In this document: one piece after another, positions 50,796 to 60,044 of the stretch
How the letters are laid out: each line of letters opens with the position of its first letter
Numbering within the stretch: position 1 is the first letter of the stretch
NCBI GenBank assembly: GCA_945868845.1
Contig: CAMBMS010000014.1
Location: 2,592 to 66,591 of the forward strand
DNA length: 64,000 bases
From: Asaia bogorensis
Lineage (GTDB): Bacteria; Pseudomonadota; Alphaproteobacteria; Acetobacterales; Acetobacteraceae
Direction of reading: 5' to 3'
Position numbers and translations under genes: made by a program
Notes under the pieces: model-generated
What the model saw: the letters and a program-made list of their open reading frames with translations, nothing else
Database searches by the model: none
What the model was told of the DNA's origin: nothing

Positions 50796-51989
50796 ATGAG
50801 CAGCCTGTTTACGGGCCTAAAAGTTATCGACTGTGCGAGCTGGATCGCCGGTCCCGCTGCCGCGACGATACTATCCGATTTCGGCGCCGATGTGATTAAG
50901 ATCGAGCCGCCCGGTATGGGGGACCCGTGGCGTGGCCGTAGCCCCAATCCGGCCGCGCCGACCGATTATTACTGGCAGCTCACATCGCGCAATAAGCGCA
51001 GCCTGGCGATTGATCTGAAGCATGAGGAAGGGCGGGCGGCGATGTACCGGCTGATCGCTGGTGCGGACGTATTCGTCACTAATTTCCCATTGCCAGTACG
51101 CGATCGGTTGCAATTGTCGCCGACGCATCTTCTGCCGCTTAACCCCCGGCTGATCTATGCGTCGTTTACCGCTTATGGCGAAGCGGGTGAGGAGGCGGCG
51201 AAGACGGGTTTTGACTCAACCGCTTATTGGGCGCGCACGGGGTTAATGGACATGGTGCGCGCGACATCCGAAACCCCACCGGCGCGTTCTATGCCCGGGA
51301 TGGGCGATCATCCTAGCGCAACGGGGCTATACGCGGCTATCGTCACCGCATTGTACCGGCGAGAAAAGACCGGACTCGGCGGCGTGGTGAAATCCTCGCT
51401 ATTGCAAAATGGATTATGGGCGAATGGCTGCGCCGTGCAGGTGCGCCTGTTCGGTGAGCATGTGCCGCATCGCCCATTGCGGGAAGAAGTGCCCAACGCA
51501 TTGGCCAATCATTACGAGAGCGGCGATGGGCGCTGGTTCATCATGGCGCTGTACAACGAGCAGCGGCAGTTGGCTGGCTTCCTAGCCGCGATCGGGCGGG
51601 AGGAGCTGGCGGGTGATCTCCGTTTCGCCACCGATGCGGCGCGCAAGCGGAACGCGCGCGCGTTGGTTAAGATCCTAGACGAGGTTTTCGCCACCCGCAC
51701 CCTGGCGGAGTGGCGCATAATCCTGGATGGCGTGGGCGTGACATTCGGCATCGTGGGTAAGGTGGATGAAGTATTGGATGACGCGCAGATGCGCGATGCG
51801 GGCGCCCTAGTCCCCTTCGCCGATGGCGAGGGTCTGACGGTTGCCGCGCCGTTTCATATAGACGGCGTAGACAAGGTTCCGCCACAACGCGCCCCGGCCA
51901 TTGGCCAGCACAGCGACGCGGTCCTGGCCGAGGCGGGCTATTCGCCTGATGAGATCGGCATGCTGCGCACGCTGGGTGTTCTTGGCTAA
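50796..51989 (+). CDS. CaiB/BaiF family (class III) CoA-transferase
   Basis: LKVIDCASWIAGPAAATILSDFGADVIKIEPP signature; 397 aa. Confidence 0.85.
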   Translation: MSSLFTGLKVIDCASWIAGPAAATILSDFGADVIKIEPPGMGDPWRGRSPNPAAPTDYYWQLTSRNKRSLAIDLKHEEGRAAMYRLIAGADVFVTNFPLPVRDRLQLSPTHLLPLNPRLIYASFTAYGEAGEEAAKTGFDSTAYWARTGLMDMVRATSETPPARSMPGMGDHPSATGLYAAIVTALYRREKTGLGGVVKSSLLQNGLWANGCAVQVRLFGEHVPHRPLREEVPNALANHYESGDGRWFIMALYNEQRQLAGFLAAIGREELAGDLRFATDAARKRNARALVKILDEVFATRTLAEWRIILDGVGVTFGIVGKVDEVLDDAQMRDAGALVPFADGEGLTVAAPFHIDGVDKVPPQRAPAIGQHSDAVLAEAGYSPDEIGMLRTLGVLG

Positions 51990-52033
51990 GAGGGCGCGGG
52001 GAGCATAGAGGCCCCGCCCCCAGTCATCACGCT

Positions 52034-52963
52034 CTACCGCGTCGGGCGTGGCGGATCTTGCGTATAGTCGTAAAAGCCCTTGCTGGTCTTGCGCCCCAGC
52101 CAGCCGGCCTCGACATATTTGATGAGTAGCGGGCATGGCCGATACTTGCTGTCCGACAATCCATCATAGAGCACCTGCATGATGGACAGGCAGGTATCAA
52201 GGCCAATGAAATCCGCCAGTTCTAACGGCCCCATCGGGTGATTGGCGCCGAGCTTTATCGAGGTGTCGATGGCGCCTACCGAGCCGACGCCTTCGTACAG
52301 CGCATAGACCGCCTCATTGATCATTGGCACGAGAATGCGATTGACGATGAAAGCCGGAAAATCCTCCGACACAGCGGTAATCTTATTCAATTTGTCGGCC
52401 AGCGCCTGCACTGCTTGAAAGGTCGGTTCATCGGTGGCGATGCCCCGGATGATCTCCACCAGCTTCATCACTGGCACCGGATTCATAAAATGCATACCGA
52501 TGAATTTTTCCGCCCGATCCGTCGCTGCGCCGAGGCGGGTGATGGAGATGGACGATGTGTTGGAGGCCAGCATGCAGGATGGTTTCAGGTGCGGCGTCAG
52601 CGCCTTGTAGACTTGGCGTTTGACGTCTTCTTTTTCTGTCGCGGCCTCCACCACGAAGTCGCAATCGCCAAAAGCAGAAAATTCGATAGTGGTGGTGATC
52701 CGCGCCAGCGCGGCTTCCTTGTCCTCTGGGGTGATTAGGGTGCGGTTGACTTGGCGCTCCATATTGTCCGCCATCACCGCCATCGCCTTGTGTAAGGCGT
52801 CTTCCTTGATATCGCCCAGCACCACCGGAATGCCGGCGAGGGCGCACACATGGGCGATACCATTGCCCATCTGGCCTGCGCCGATCACGCCCACGCGCTG
52901 TATGGCCGGTGCGCCAGAGGTGGAAAAATCGCTCACCGAATCGGGCCTGGCGGCAACACTCAT
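52034..52963 (-). CDS. hbd: 3-hydroxybutyryl-CoA / 3-hydroxyacyl-CoA dehydrogenase
   Basis: VGVIGAGQMGNGIAHVCA, SNTSSISIT, HFMNPVPVMKLVEIIRG. Confidence 0.9.
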   Translation of the reverse strand: MSVAARPDSVSDFSTSGAPAIQRVGVIGAGQMGNGIAHVCALAGIPVVLGDIKEDALHKAMAVMADNMERQVNRTLITPEDKEAALARITTTIEFSAFGDCDFVVEAATEKEDVKRQVYKALTPHLKPSCMLASNTSSISITRLGAATDRAEKFIGMHFMNPVPVMKLVEIIRGIATDEPTFQAVQALADKLNKITAVSEDFPAFIVNRILVPMINEAVYALYEGVGSVGAIDTSIKLGANHPMGPLELADFIGLDTCLSIMQVLYDGLSDSKYRPCPLLIKYVEAGWLGRKTSKGFYDYTQDPPRPTR

Positions 52964-53911
52964 TCAGTTGCGCTCCAATGCTTTCGATAGCTCGCTTGCC
53001 AGTTCCGGTAAGGCGGCGAACAGGTCCGCCACCAGCCCGTAATCGGCAACCTGGAAGATCGGCGCTTCCTCGTCCTTGTTGATGGCGACGATCACCTTGC
53101 TGTCCTTCATGCCGGCCAGATGCTGGATGGCGCCGGAAATGCCGACGGCGATATACAGGTCCGGCGCGACGATTTTCCCCGTCTGCCCGACCTGGAATTC
53201 GTTGGGCACGAAGCCGGCATCGACCGCGGCGCGCGAGGCACCAACCGCGGCACCCAGCGCATCGGCGATCGGTTCTAGTAACTTAAAATTCTCGCCGTTC
53301 TGCATTCCGCGCCCGCCGGAAATCACGATTTTTGCAGCGGTCAGTTCCGGACGCTCGCTTTTCGACAATTCGGCGCCGAGATGGCGGGAGATCCCCGGCG
53401 GGGTGATTGACGGCGCGTTCTCCGTGCTCGCATCGCCACCCTCTGCCGCCACCGGATCGAAACTCGCGGCGCGCACGGTGATCACTTTCTTCGCGTCTGA
53501 CGATTTTACTGTCGCCATGCCGTTACCGGCATAGATCGGACGCACGAATGTGTCGGCATCGATCACCTCGGCGATGTCGCTGATGGGCTGCACATCCAAG
53601 AGCGCGGCGACGCGCGGCATGATGTTCTTGCCAACGGCGGTGGTGGCGGCGAGGAGATGCGAATAATCGGGTGCCAGCGCAACTATCAGGGCAGCCATCG
53701 GCTCGGCCATCTGGTTGGCGAAATCGGGACCATCGGCGACGATCACCTTTGTCACGCCGGGGAGTTTCTGGGCGGCGGCAACGACGGCGGACACATTTTC
53801 GCCGGCCACCAGGACATGCACCTCGCCAAGCTTTATCGCGCACGCGATGGCGCTACGGGCCGGCTGCTTGATGGTGGTACCATCGTGATCCAGCATTACT
53901 AGGCTTGCCAT
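52964..53911 (-). CDS. etfA: electron transfer flavoprotein subunit alpha
   Basis: 315 aa with [37 protein letters not shown] (present as [18 protein letters not shown]...). Confidence 0.93.
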   Translation of the reverse strand: [315 protein letters not shown]

Positions 53912-53913
53912 CG

Positions 53914-54663
53914 TCAGATCACCTTCGCTTCGCTACGTAGCTTTTCCACTAGCTCCTGCACGGAGCCTACCTTCGTACCGGCCTGGCGTTTCGCCGGCTC
54001 TACCACCTTAAGCACGGTCAGGCGTGGCGTGGGATCGACGCCGAGATCGGCCGGTTTCACGTTGTCGATGGTCTTCTTGCGCGCCTTCATGATGTTCGGC
54101 AGCGACGCATAGCGCGGCTCGTTCAAGCGCAGATCGGTGGTGATGATGGCCGGCAAATTCAGCGCCACCGTCTCCAGCCCGCCATCCACCTCGCGCGTTA
54201 CGGTGATGGTCTCACCCTCGACCACGAGCTTCGACGCAAATGTTCCCTGCGCCCAGCCGAGCAGGGCGGCCAGCATCTGCCCGGTGGCGGACATATCGTC
54301 ATCGATCGCCTGCTTGCCGAGGATGATTAGGCCAGGCTGTTCTTTGTCCGCGATCGCCTTCAGCAGTTTTGCCACCGCCAGCGGTTGCAGATCGACATCG
54401 GTCTCCACCAAGATGCCGCGATCGGCGCCCATGGCCAGCGCAGTACGGATCGTCTCGCCGCAGGCGGCGACACCGAGGGAAATCGCCACGATCTCCGTCG
54501 CCACGCCTTTTTCCTTCAGTCGGACGGCTTCCTCGACGGCGATTTCATCGAACGGGTTCATCGACATTTTGACGCCGGCGGTTTCGATGCCGGTGTTGTC
54601 CGCCTTCACACGGACCTTGACGTTGTAGTCAACCACCCGCTTGACGGGGACGAGAATTTTCAT
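53914..54663 (-). CDS. etfB: electron transfer flavoprotein subunit beta
   Basis: [20 protein letters not shown]... ATG verified at 54663. Confidence 0.93.
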   Translation of the reverse strand: MKILVPVKRVVDYNVKVRVKADNTGIETAGVKMSMNPFDEIAVEEAVRLKEKGVATEIVAISLGVAACGETIRTALAMGADRGILVETDVDLQPLAVAKLLKAIADKEQPGLIILGKQAIDDDMSATGQMLAALLGWAQGTFASKLVVEGETITVTREVDGGLETVALNLPAIITTDLRLNEPRYASLPNIMKARKKTIDNVKPADLGVDPTPRLTVLKVVEPAKRQAGTKVGSVQELVEKLRSEAKVI

Positions 54664-54834
54664 AAGAAGACCGTGCCATTTCCAGGGATTAGGGCGCGTA
54701 GACAACAGCACGAACCGGCGCCTGTTCGCACCTGCAGGAGAGCCGGCGGGACCATATTCAGGCCCCTCCGCGCTGTCAAACGGGACGCCCCTGGACTAAG
54801 GCCTCTGTTTGCGGGCCGGCGCCGGACGATGATC

Positions 54835-56274
54835 TCAGGTGCGGCCATACGCGTCCTCGATGCGGACGATATCGTCCTCACCGAGGTAGGTACCCGATTG
54901 CACTTCAATCAGGGTGAGTGGGATCTGGCCGGGATTTTCCAGCCGGTGGATGCTGCCCTGGGGCAGGTAGACGCTCTCATTCTCGCGCACCACGAACTTG
55001 TCCGTGTCGCGGGTGACCAGGGCGGCGCCATGCACCACCACCCAGTGCTCGGAGCGATGGAAATGTTTTTGCAGGGAAAGTTTTTGCCCTGGCAAAACGA
55101 CGAGGCGCTTGACCTGGAAGCGATCGCTGCTGATCAGGCTTTCGTAAAAGCCCCAGGGACGATCGACGCGGTTATGTGCCACAGCCTGCTGACGCTGCGC
55201 CGCCTTCAGCCGGTCCACCACTTTCTTCACGTCCTGCGCCTGGTCGCGGTGCATGGCGAGCACGGCGTCCGGCGTGACCACCACCACCGCATCGCGCAAC
55301 CCCACCACCGCAGTGAGAATGCCGTCGGAGCGGACATAGCAATTCTCGGTGCCTTCCAGTATCACATCGCCGATGGCGGCATTGCCGGTGGTATCCTTAG
55401 CCGCCAATTCCCACAGCGCGCTCCAGCTGCCGACATCGGACCAGCCAATATCGGCTTTTACCACGGCGGCGCGTGTGGTGCGCTCGGCGACCGCGTAGTC
55501 GAGGCTGATATTTGGGCCGGCGGCAAAACTCTCGGGGTCGAGACGAAGAAAATCCAGATCCTGTTTGCGGTGGGCGACAGCCAGCCGCGTGGCGTTCAGC
55601 ACATCCGGCGCATATGCCTCCATCTCCGCGATCAGGGTCCGCGCGGTAAAGACGAACATGCCGGAATTCCACAGATGGGTGCCGCTGCCAACTAGCAGCG
55701 CCGCCTCTGAAGCACCCGGCTTTTCCACAAACCGGGTCAGCCGATGCACACCCGTGGTCGGGGACAATTGATCTCCGACCTCGAGATAGCCGTAGCTGGT
55801 TTCCGGCGCGGTCGGTTTCATCCCGAAGGTCACGACATAGCCGGCCCGCGCGGCCTCAGCGGCGCGATCCAACGCTTTATGCAGGGCGGGAACGTCGGTA
55901 ATGGCGGCATCGGCAGTCATCATCCACAGAACGGCATCGGCGTCGGTTTCCGCTTGCAGCAGCGCGGCGGCGGTGATGGCGGGGGCACTGTTGCGGCCCA
56001 CCGGTTCCAGCATGATTTGCGCGCCCGTGATGCCGGCGGCACGCAATTGCTCAGCAATGAGAAAACGGTGCTCATGGTTGCAGACCACAATAGGTGCGGT
56101 GAAGCTGTCGCCGGTGGCGCGCAGCGCGGTTTCATGGAGCATCGAGCGCGCCGAGATCAGTGGCCAGAGCTGCTTCGGAAAACTCTCGCGCGACACCGGC
56201 CAGAGCCGCGTACCGGAGCCGCCGGAGAGAATCACGGGGACGATTTTTGTCACACTTTTGTTCGCCTGGGTCAT
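54835..56274 (-). CDS. manC: mannose-1-phosphate guanylyltransferase / mannose-6-phosphate isomerase (bifunctional type II PMI-GMP)
   Basis: VILSGGSGTRLWPVSRESFPKQ, with a C-terminal cupin region (RPWGFYESL...HFHRSEHWVVVHG). ATG verified at 56274. The 562-aa track ORF reads on through the palindrome and is rejected. Confidence 0.9.
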   Translation of the reverse strand: MTQANKSVTKIVPVILSGGSGTRLWPVSRESFPKQLWPLISARSMLHETALRATGDSFTAPIVVCNHEHRFLIAEQLRAAGITGAQIMLEPVGRNSAPAITAAALLQAETDADAVLWMMTADAAITDVPALHKALDRAAEAARAGYVVTFGMKPTAPETSYGYLEVGDQLSPTTGVHRLTRFVEKPGASEAALLVGSGTHLWNSGMFVFTARTLIAEMEAYAPDVLNATRLAVAHRKQDLDFLRLDPESFAAGPNISLDYAVAERTTRAAVVKADIGWSDVGSWSALWELAAKDTTGNAAIGDVILEGTENCYVRSDGILTAVVGLRDAVVVVTPDAVLAMHRDQAQDVKKVVDRLKAAQRQQAVAHNRVDRPWGFYESLISSDRFQVKRLVVLPGQKLSLQKHFHRSEHWVVVHGAALVTRDTDKFVVRENESVYLPQGSIHRLENPGQIPLTLIEVQSGTYLGEDDIVRIEDAYGRT

Positions 56275-56321
56275 CAACGGCGACAGATTTGCCAGCGCTC
56301 CCGGGGGCTGTCCAGCATTAC

Positions 56322-56446
56322 GGTCGTGTCTCCGTTTGATCGGCGCCGGCCCGCTCCCCCATCCGGGCACCCGCAGTGTATGATCGTTGGGTGGCCCAAG
56401 GGGGGATGGGGGAGCGGGCCGGCGCCGATCAAACGGAGACACGACC
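56322..56446. repeat. 125-bp palindromic element with 43-bp perfect inverted arms (MITE/REP-like)
   Basis: Left arm 56322-56364 (GGTCGTGTCTCCGTTTGATCGGCGCCGGCCCGCTCCCCCATCC) is the exact reverse complement of right arm 56404-56446. The 39-nt spacer is itself partly self-complementary (GGGCACCC...GGGTGGCCC). AGCATT occurs on both flanks (56314-56319 and 56447-56452). Confidence 0.85.
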
Positions 56447-56494
56447 AGCATTTGGGCCTTGCTCGAGGGGCGGCGGGGCGGGCAGACTGCCGGT

Positions 56495-56713
56495 ATGAAA
56501 ATCGAGATCGAATATTGCGGCATGTGAGGCTATGAACCGCGCGCCCGTGCGGCGCGCGATTTGTTGGCCCGGGATGTCCCTGAGGCGGAGATCAGCCTGC
56601 GGAAATCCGTCGGCGGCGTGTTTGAAGTCACGGTCGATGGCGCGCGGCTTTATTCCAAGAAGGCCACCGGGCGGTTTCCCACCGAAGTGGAATTGCTGGC
56701 GGTACTGCCTTAA
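56495..56713 (+). CDS. SelW/Rdx-family (SelT/SelW/SelH-like) selenoprotein candidate with in-frame UGA (Sec) at codon 11
   Basis: My own translation gives MKIEIEYCGM-U(TGA 56525-56527)-GYEPRARAARDLLARDVPEAEISLRKSVGGVFEVTVDGARLYSKKATGRFPTEVELLAVLP*. The CxxU lies directly after the first beta-strand, and the GGVFEVxVDG...SKKxxGRFP core matches the Rdx fold. A hairpin follows the UGA. The gene is absent from the ORF track because the TGA splits it. Confidence 0.7.
56538..56558 (+). promoter_or_regulatory. candidate bacterial SECIS hairpin
   Basis: An 8-bp GC stem (CGCGCGCC 56538-56545 paired with GGCGCGCG 56551-56558) with a 5-nt apical loop CGUGC. The stem begins 10 nt after the UGA, so the loop G/U lie about 20-24 nt downstream, within the range described for bSECIS elements. 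Confidence 0.45.
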
Positions 56714-57666
56714 TTGTCTTTGGCTTCATTCTCTTTCGGCCATTCGGTCTGGCCCAGCACCCAGCCCTCCCAACGTGTCAGCCAGGGATCGTTGGGGGCA
56801 GTGTCCGGACGATTGCCCGCCAGCACGTTGATGACGCAGAGCACCCCCAAAAGACTGTCGAAACGGTCTTCGCCGCCGGCATCGGCGCCAAAACCGTCCG
56901 CCAGCATGCCTGACAGCGCGCGATGCGGGCGGATACCGAGGGTCGCCATGGCGGCATGGATATCCGCCGCCATGGCTAGCCGGTCTGCCTGGCGGCGCTT
57001 GCTGCCCGAAATGCGCAAGCCGAGATGGCGCAGCGCCTCCGCCGGGTAGGTTTCCGCCACCGCGACGCGGCCAGGGGCGAGCAAGGCACGAAACGGACCG
57101 GCGAAGGGCCAGAGATCGATGGAAGCATTGGCCATCAGGGCGGGGACTAGCATGTCCCGCCAGGCCGCGATGGCCGCCGTGCCGACCTGGTTGGCGCCCA
57201 AGGTCCAGAACAGGGGGGCGCCGGCGCGGCGTATCGCGGTGGCGGCGTCGCAGGCGCGCGAGAGGGCGCGCGCGTCGGGCAAGCCCAAGGCAGCGGCGTG
57301 CGCGGCACGGGTCATGCCCTTGAGGCCGCGCGCAGGATAGAAGGGCCGATCGGGCGAAACGTCGTTCAGCGTGGTGCAGACCTGAAAGAAGCTTGGCCGG
57401 TTCGCCAGGGCGCGCAAGAACGTGACGAAATCGCCGCTGGCATAGCGCGCGGCATAGGCGCGCGGCAGGCCAAGAGAAAAATCCACGCCCAGGGCCACCG
57501 GCGCGCCTTTGGCCGCCAAGCACAGCCGGTCTAGGAAGTTTTCGACCGGCCCCACGGGCACTGGGGCAGCAACCATCCAGCCGCGTGTGTCGTGCCGGGC
57601 AACGGTCACGAAACGTTTACGCGCATCCAGGCTCCAATCGGCGTGCGCCGCGAAAATTTTCATCAT
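56710..57666 (-). CDS. hypothetical protein, possibly DUF429-like (RNase H-like fold)
   Basis: About 318 aa; MMKIFAAHADWS..., GVDFSLGLP, VAETYPAEALRHLGL, DRFDSLLGVLCV. The D...E...D spacing recalls DUF429, but this is a weak, recollection-based call. Its stop overlaps the SelW-like stop by 4 nt (convergent). Confidence 0.4.
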   Translation of the reverse strand: MMKIFAAHADWSLDARKRFVTVARHDTRGWMVAAPVPVGPVENFLDRLCLAAKGAPVALGVDFSLGLPRAYAARYASGDFVTFLRALANRPSFFQVCTTLNDVSPDRPFYPARGLKGMTRAAHAAALGLPDARALSRACDAATAIRRAGAPLFWTLGANQVGTAAIAAWRDMLVPALMANASIDLWPFAGPFRALLAPGRVAVAETYPAEALRHLGLRISGSKRRQADRLAMAADIHAAMATLGIRPHRALSGMLADGFGADAGGEDRFDSLLGVLCVINVLAGNRPDTAPNDPWLTRWEGWVLGQTEWPKENEAKDN

Positions 57667-57716
57667 AGATGCATTGGCGCACGGTATGTTCGCGTGGCAC
57701 ATCGAGGAAATCGGCC

Positions 57717-58244
57717 ATGGGATTTCGCTACAGGCCGGCGCATCAGGCCTTGCACTGGTTGACCGCGCTGGCCGTTCTGGCCCAGGCCGTGCTGGGTATT
57801 TGGATCACCCAGTTCGAACCAGCGAACAAGGCGTTCAAGTTTTTGTTGTACGACATTCACGAAAATATCGGTTTCACCTTGTTGCCGATCACCCTTATTC
57901 GCCTCTGGATGCGCCGTCGTCATCCACCTGCACCCTTGCCGGAGAATACGCCTGCTTTCATCGAATTCGCGGCCATGGCCAATCATGGGGCATTATATCT
58001 AGCCTTAATCGGTATGCCGATTCTGGGCGTGCTGGCGACGGCGGCCTGGGGATTTCCATTCAGCTGGCTGGGTCTTCTGCCGGTTCCCTCGCCGTTCGGG
58101 AAAAGCGAGTATTGGGCGGAAATATTTTCCTACCTGCACTGGCTGGGAGCGATCGCGCTGGGCCTCGCCGTACTCGCTCATATTGGCGGCGCGCTGTATC
58201 ACGGGCTGATCCGCCGCGACGGGGTGTTGCAGCGTATGATTTAG
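57717..58244 (+). CDS. cytochrome b561 family protein (CybB-like)
   Basis: 175 aa with four TM helices and conserved His ligands (ALHWLTALAVL, IHENIGF, HGALYLAL, LHWLGAIAL..AHIGGALYH). ATG verified at 57717. Confidence 0.8.
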   Translation: MGFRYRPAHQALHWLTALAVLAQAVLGIWITQFEPANKAFKFLLYDIHENIGFTLLPITLIRLWMRRRHPPAPLPENTPAFIEFAAMANHGALYLALIGMPILGVLATAAWGFPFSWLGLLPVPSPFGKSEYWAEIFSYLHWLGAIALGLAVLAHIGGALYHGLIRRDGVLQRMI

Positions 58245-58444
58245 GGATTGCCCGGTAACTTCAGGCTCTGCACCCGTTCGGGGGAAGGCTGGGCATGGCC
58301 GTAGTGGTGATGCGTCCGGCATGGACGATGAATGCGACGCGCAGCGGGTGACCCCCTTGCCGATACATGCTACGGCAGGGTCACGACATCCCAACGATTC
58401 TTGAAGGATAGCCGGTCTTCAGGGATGGCCAAGTCAAACGAGGT

Positions 58445-58648
58445 TCAGAAACCCTCGCGTTCCAGACGCTTACGTTCCATCTTGCGGGCACGGCGGACGG
58501 CCTCGGCGGCCTCGCGGGCGCGGCGTTCAGAAGGCTTTTCATAGTGGCGGCGCAGCTTCATTTCCCGGAAAATGCCTTCCCGCTGCATCTTCTTCTTGAG
58601 CGCTTTTAGCGCCTGGTCGACATTGTTTTCACGAACGAGGACTTGCAC
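58445..58648 (-). CDS. rpsU: 30S ribosomal protein S21
   Basis: (V)[58 protein letters not shown] start at 58648 behind GAAGGAG; the longer track ORF is an extension. Confidence 0.9.
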   Translation of the reverse strand: MQVLVRENNVDQALKALKKKMQREGIFREMKLRRHYEKPSERRAREAAEAVRRARKMERKRLEREGF

Positions 58649-58851
58649 TTGGCCGTGATCTCCTTCTCGGGTTGGTCGCCCCCGACCATCGGGGGCATGC
58701 GAAAATACCCCGCTCATCGCCTGGAAGCTGCGGGGAGGCGGCCTATAACATGCGATTTCGGGCTCGCCAAACGATTCATCGCGGGTAAAAGGGATTTTGC
58801 CCTGCTGACGCCGGGGATCAGCCTAGTAACAAGTCAGTTTTGGGGTCCGAC

Positions 58852-59406
58852 ATGGCCATCCTAAAAATCGCCCGCATGGGCCATCCGGTGCTATTGGAGC
58901 GCTGCCTGCCCGTCGCCGACCCTGGCGCGCCGGAGATCCGCCGGCTGGTGGCGGACATGATGCAGACCATGGAAGATGCCCAGGGCGCCGGCCTCGCCGC
59001 GCCGCAAGTCCATGTTCCCTATCGGATTTTTGTCTTCCGCGCCGCCTCGGAGCGGGTGGGGCAGGACCCCGAGGATATCCCTATTGGCAATTCCGTCCTG
59101 ATCAACCCGGAGGTGGAATTGCTGGGCGATGAGCGGGTGTTGGGTTGGGAGGGTTGTCTGTCCATCCCCGGCATGCGCGCCGCCGTGCCGCGCGCAGCGC
59201 GGGTGCGCTATCGCGGTGTCGATTGCGATGGCGTGTCAGTGGAGTGCATCGTCGGCGGGTTTCATGCTCGCGTGGTGCAGCATGAAAACGACCATCTGGA
59301 CGGCATCCTCTATACGATGCGGGTGACCGATTTTTCCTTGTTCGGCTTCAATGAGGAACTAAACCAGGCCGCGCATGCGCGCCATGCGGCGGCTGAACAA
59401 TCATGA
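58852..59406 (+). CDS. def: peptide deformylase
   Basis: The three motifs GAGLAAPQ, EGCLSIPG and QHENDHLDG are all present. ATG verified at 58852. Confidence 0.9.
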   Translation: MAILKIARMGHPVLLERCLPVADPGAPEIRRLVADMMQTMEDAQGAGLAAPQVHVPYRIFVFRAASERVGQDPEDIPIGNSVLINPEVELLGDERVLGWEGCLSIPGMRAAVPRAARVRYRGVDCDGVSVECIVGGFHARVVQHENDHLDGILYTMRVTDFSLFGFNEELNQAAHARHAAAEQS

Positions 59407-60044
59407 TTAGCGCGCCCGAACGCAGCGCCGAGCGCGATGGGGCGATCGATGCGATCCTGGTGCATGTGCCCTTTGATGGCTGGACCAGCCGCGCCCTGCT
59501 TCTGGCGTTGGCGGAAACCGGCCTACACCAGGACGACGCGGCGCTGCTGTTTCCTGGCGGGGCGGGCGATCTGGTGGAGGCGTTTTGCGATCTCGCCGAC
59601 CGGCGCATGGTTGCTGAAGCCGCCGCGCTGGATCCCGCGCCGGCGCGCCTGCCGGATCGGGTGCGGTTGATCATCGCCCTGCGCCTGTCTCGCCACCGGC
59701 CACACAAGGAAGCCGTGCGCCGCGCCGTCTCGGTGCTGGCGCTGCCTCAAAACGCCCGGATCGCCGCGGTCTGTGGCGCACGCACAATTGAGGCAATCTG
59801 GCAGGCGGCAGGCGACAAAAGCGCGGATTTTTCTTGGTACACCAAGCGCGCTAGCTTAGCGGCGATTTATGGCGCGACCCTGCTGTTCTGGCTGCGCGAT
59901 GCCGGCCCCGACGACGGCGCTACCCTGGCGTTTCTCGATCGCCGGCTAGCCGATCTTGGCCGCATTGGCGGGTTGCGCCGGCGCGCGGCTGCGGTCCTGG
60001 CCCGCTTTACGCCGCCGGCGCTTCGTCCCGCCCCGCCTGCTTAG
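59403..60044 (+). CDS. COQ9 family protein (rpsU-divergently-transcribed protein type)
   Basis: 213 aa; ILVHVPFDGWTSRAL..., RVRLIIALRL, FSWYTKRASLAAIYGATLLFWL. Sits in the typical alphaproteobacterial neighbourhood next to rpsU. Its start overlaps the def stop as ATGA. Confidence 0.75.
   Translation: MISAPERSAERDGAIDAILVHVPFDGWTSRALLLALAETGLHQDDAALLFPGGAGDLVEAFCDLADRRMVAEAAALDPAPARLPDRVRLIIALRLSRHRPHKEAVRRAVSVLALPQNARIAAVCGARTIEAIWQAAGDKSADFSWYTKRASLAAIYGATLLFWLRDAGPDDGATLAFLDRRLADLGRIGGLRRRAAAVLARFTPPALRPAPPA

Noticed and set aside
51990-52033. Possible bidirectional terminator between the convergent CaiB and hbd genes (GCGGGG-N10-CCCCGC).
   Set aside because: The stem is only 6 bp with a 10-nt loop and there is no U-tract on either strand, which is too weak to call.
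56532-56831. 99-aa plus-strand ORF listed in the track downstream of the palindrome.
   Set aside because: It is out of frame with the SelW/Rdx-like reading frame, which has clear family features, and it overlaps the convergent 56710-57666 gene. Its composition is Arg/Pro/Cys-rich.
58330-58390. Interrupted hairpin (GTGACCC..TGCCG / CGGCA..GGGTCAC) between the cytochrome b561 gene and rpsU, considered as a terminator or small RNA.
   Set aside because: It has no U-tract on either strand, a bulged stem, and no supporting conservation evidence from the sequence alone.
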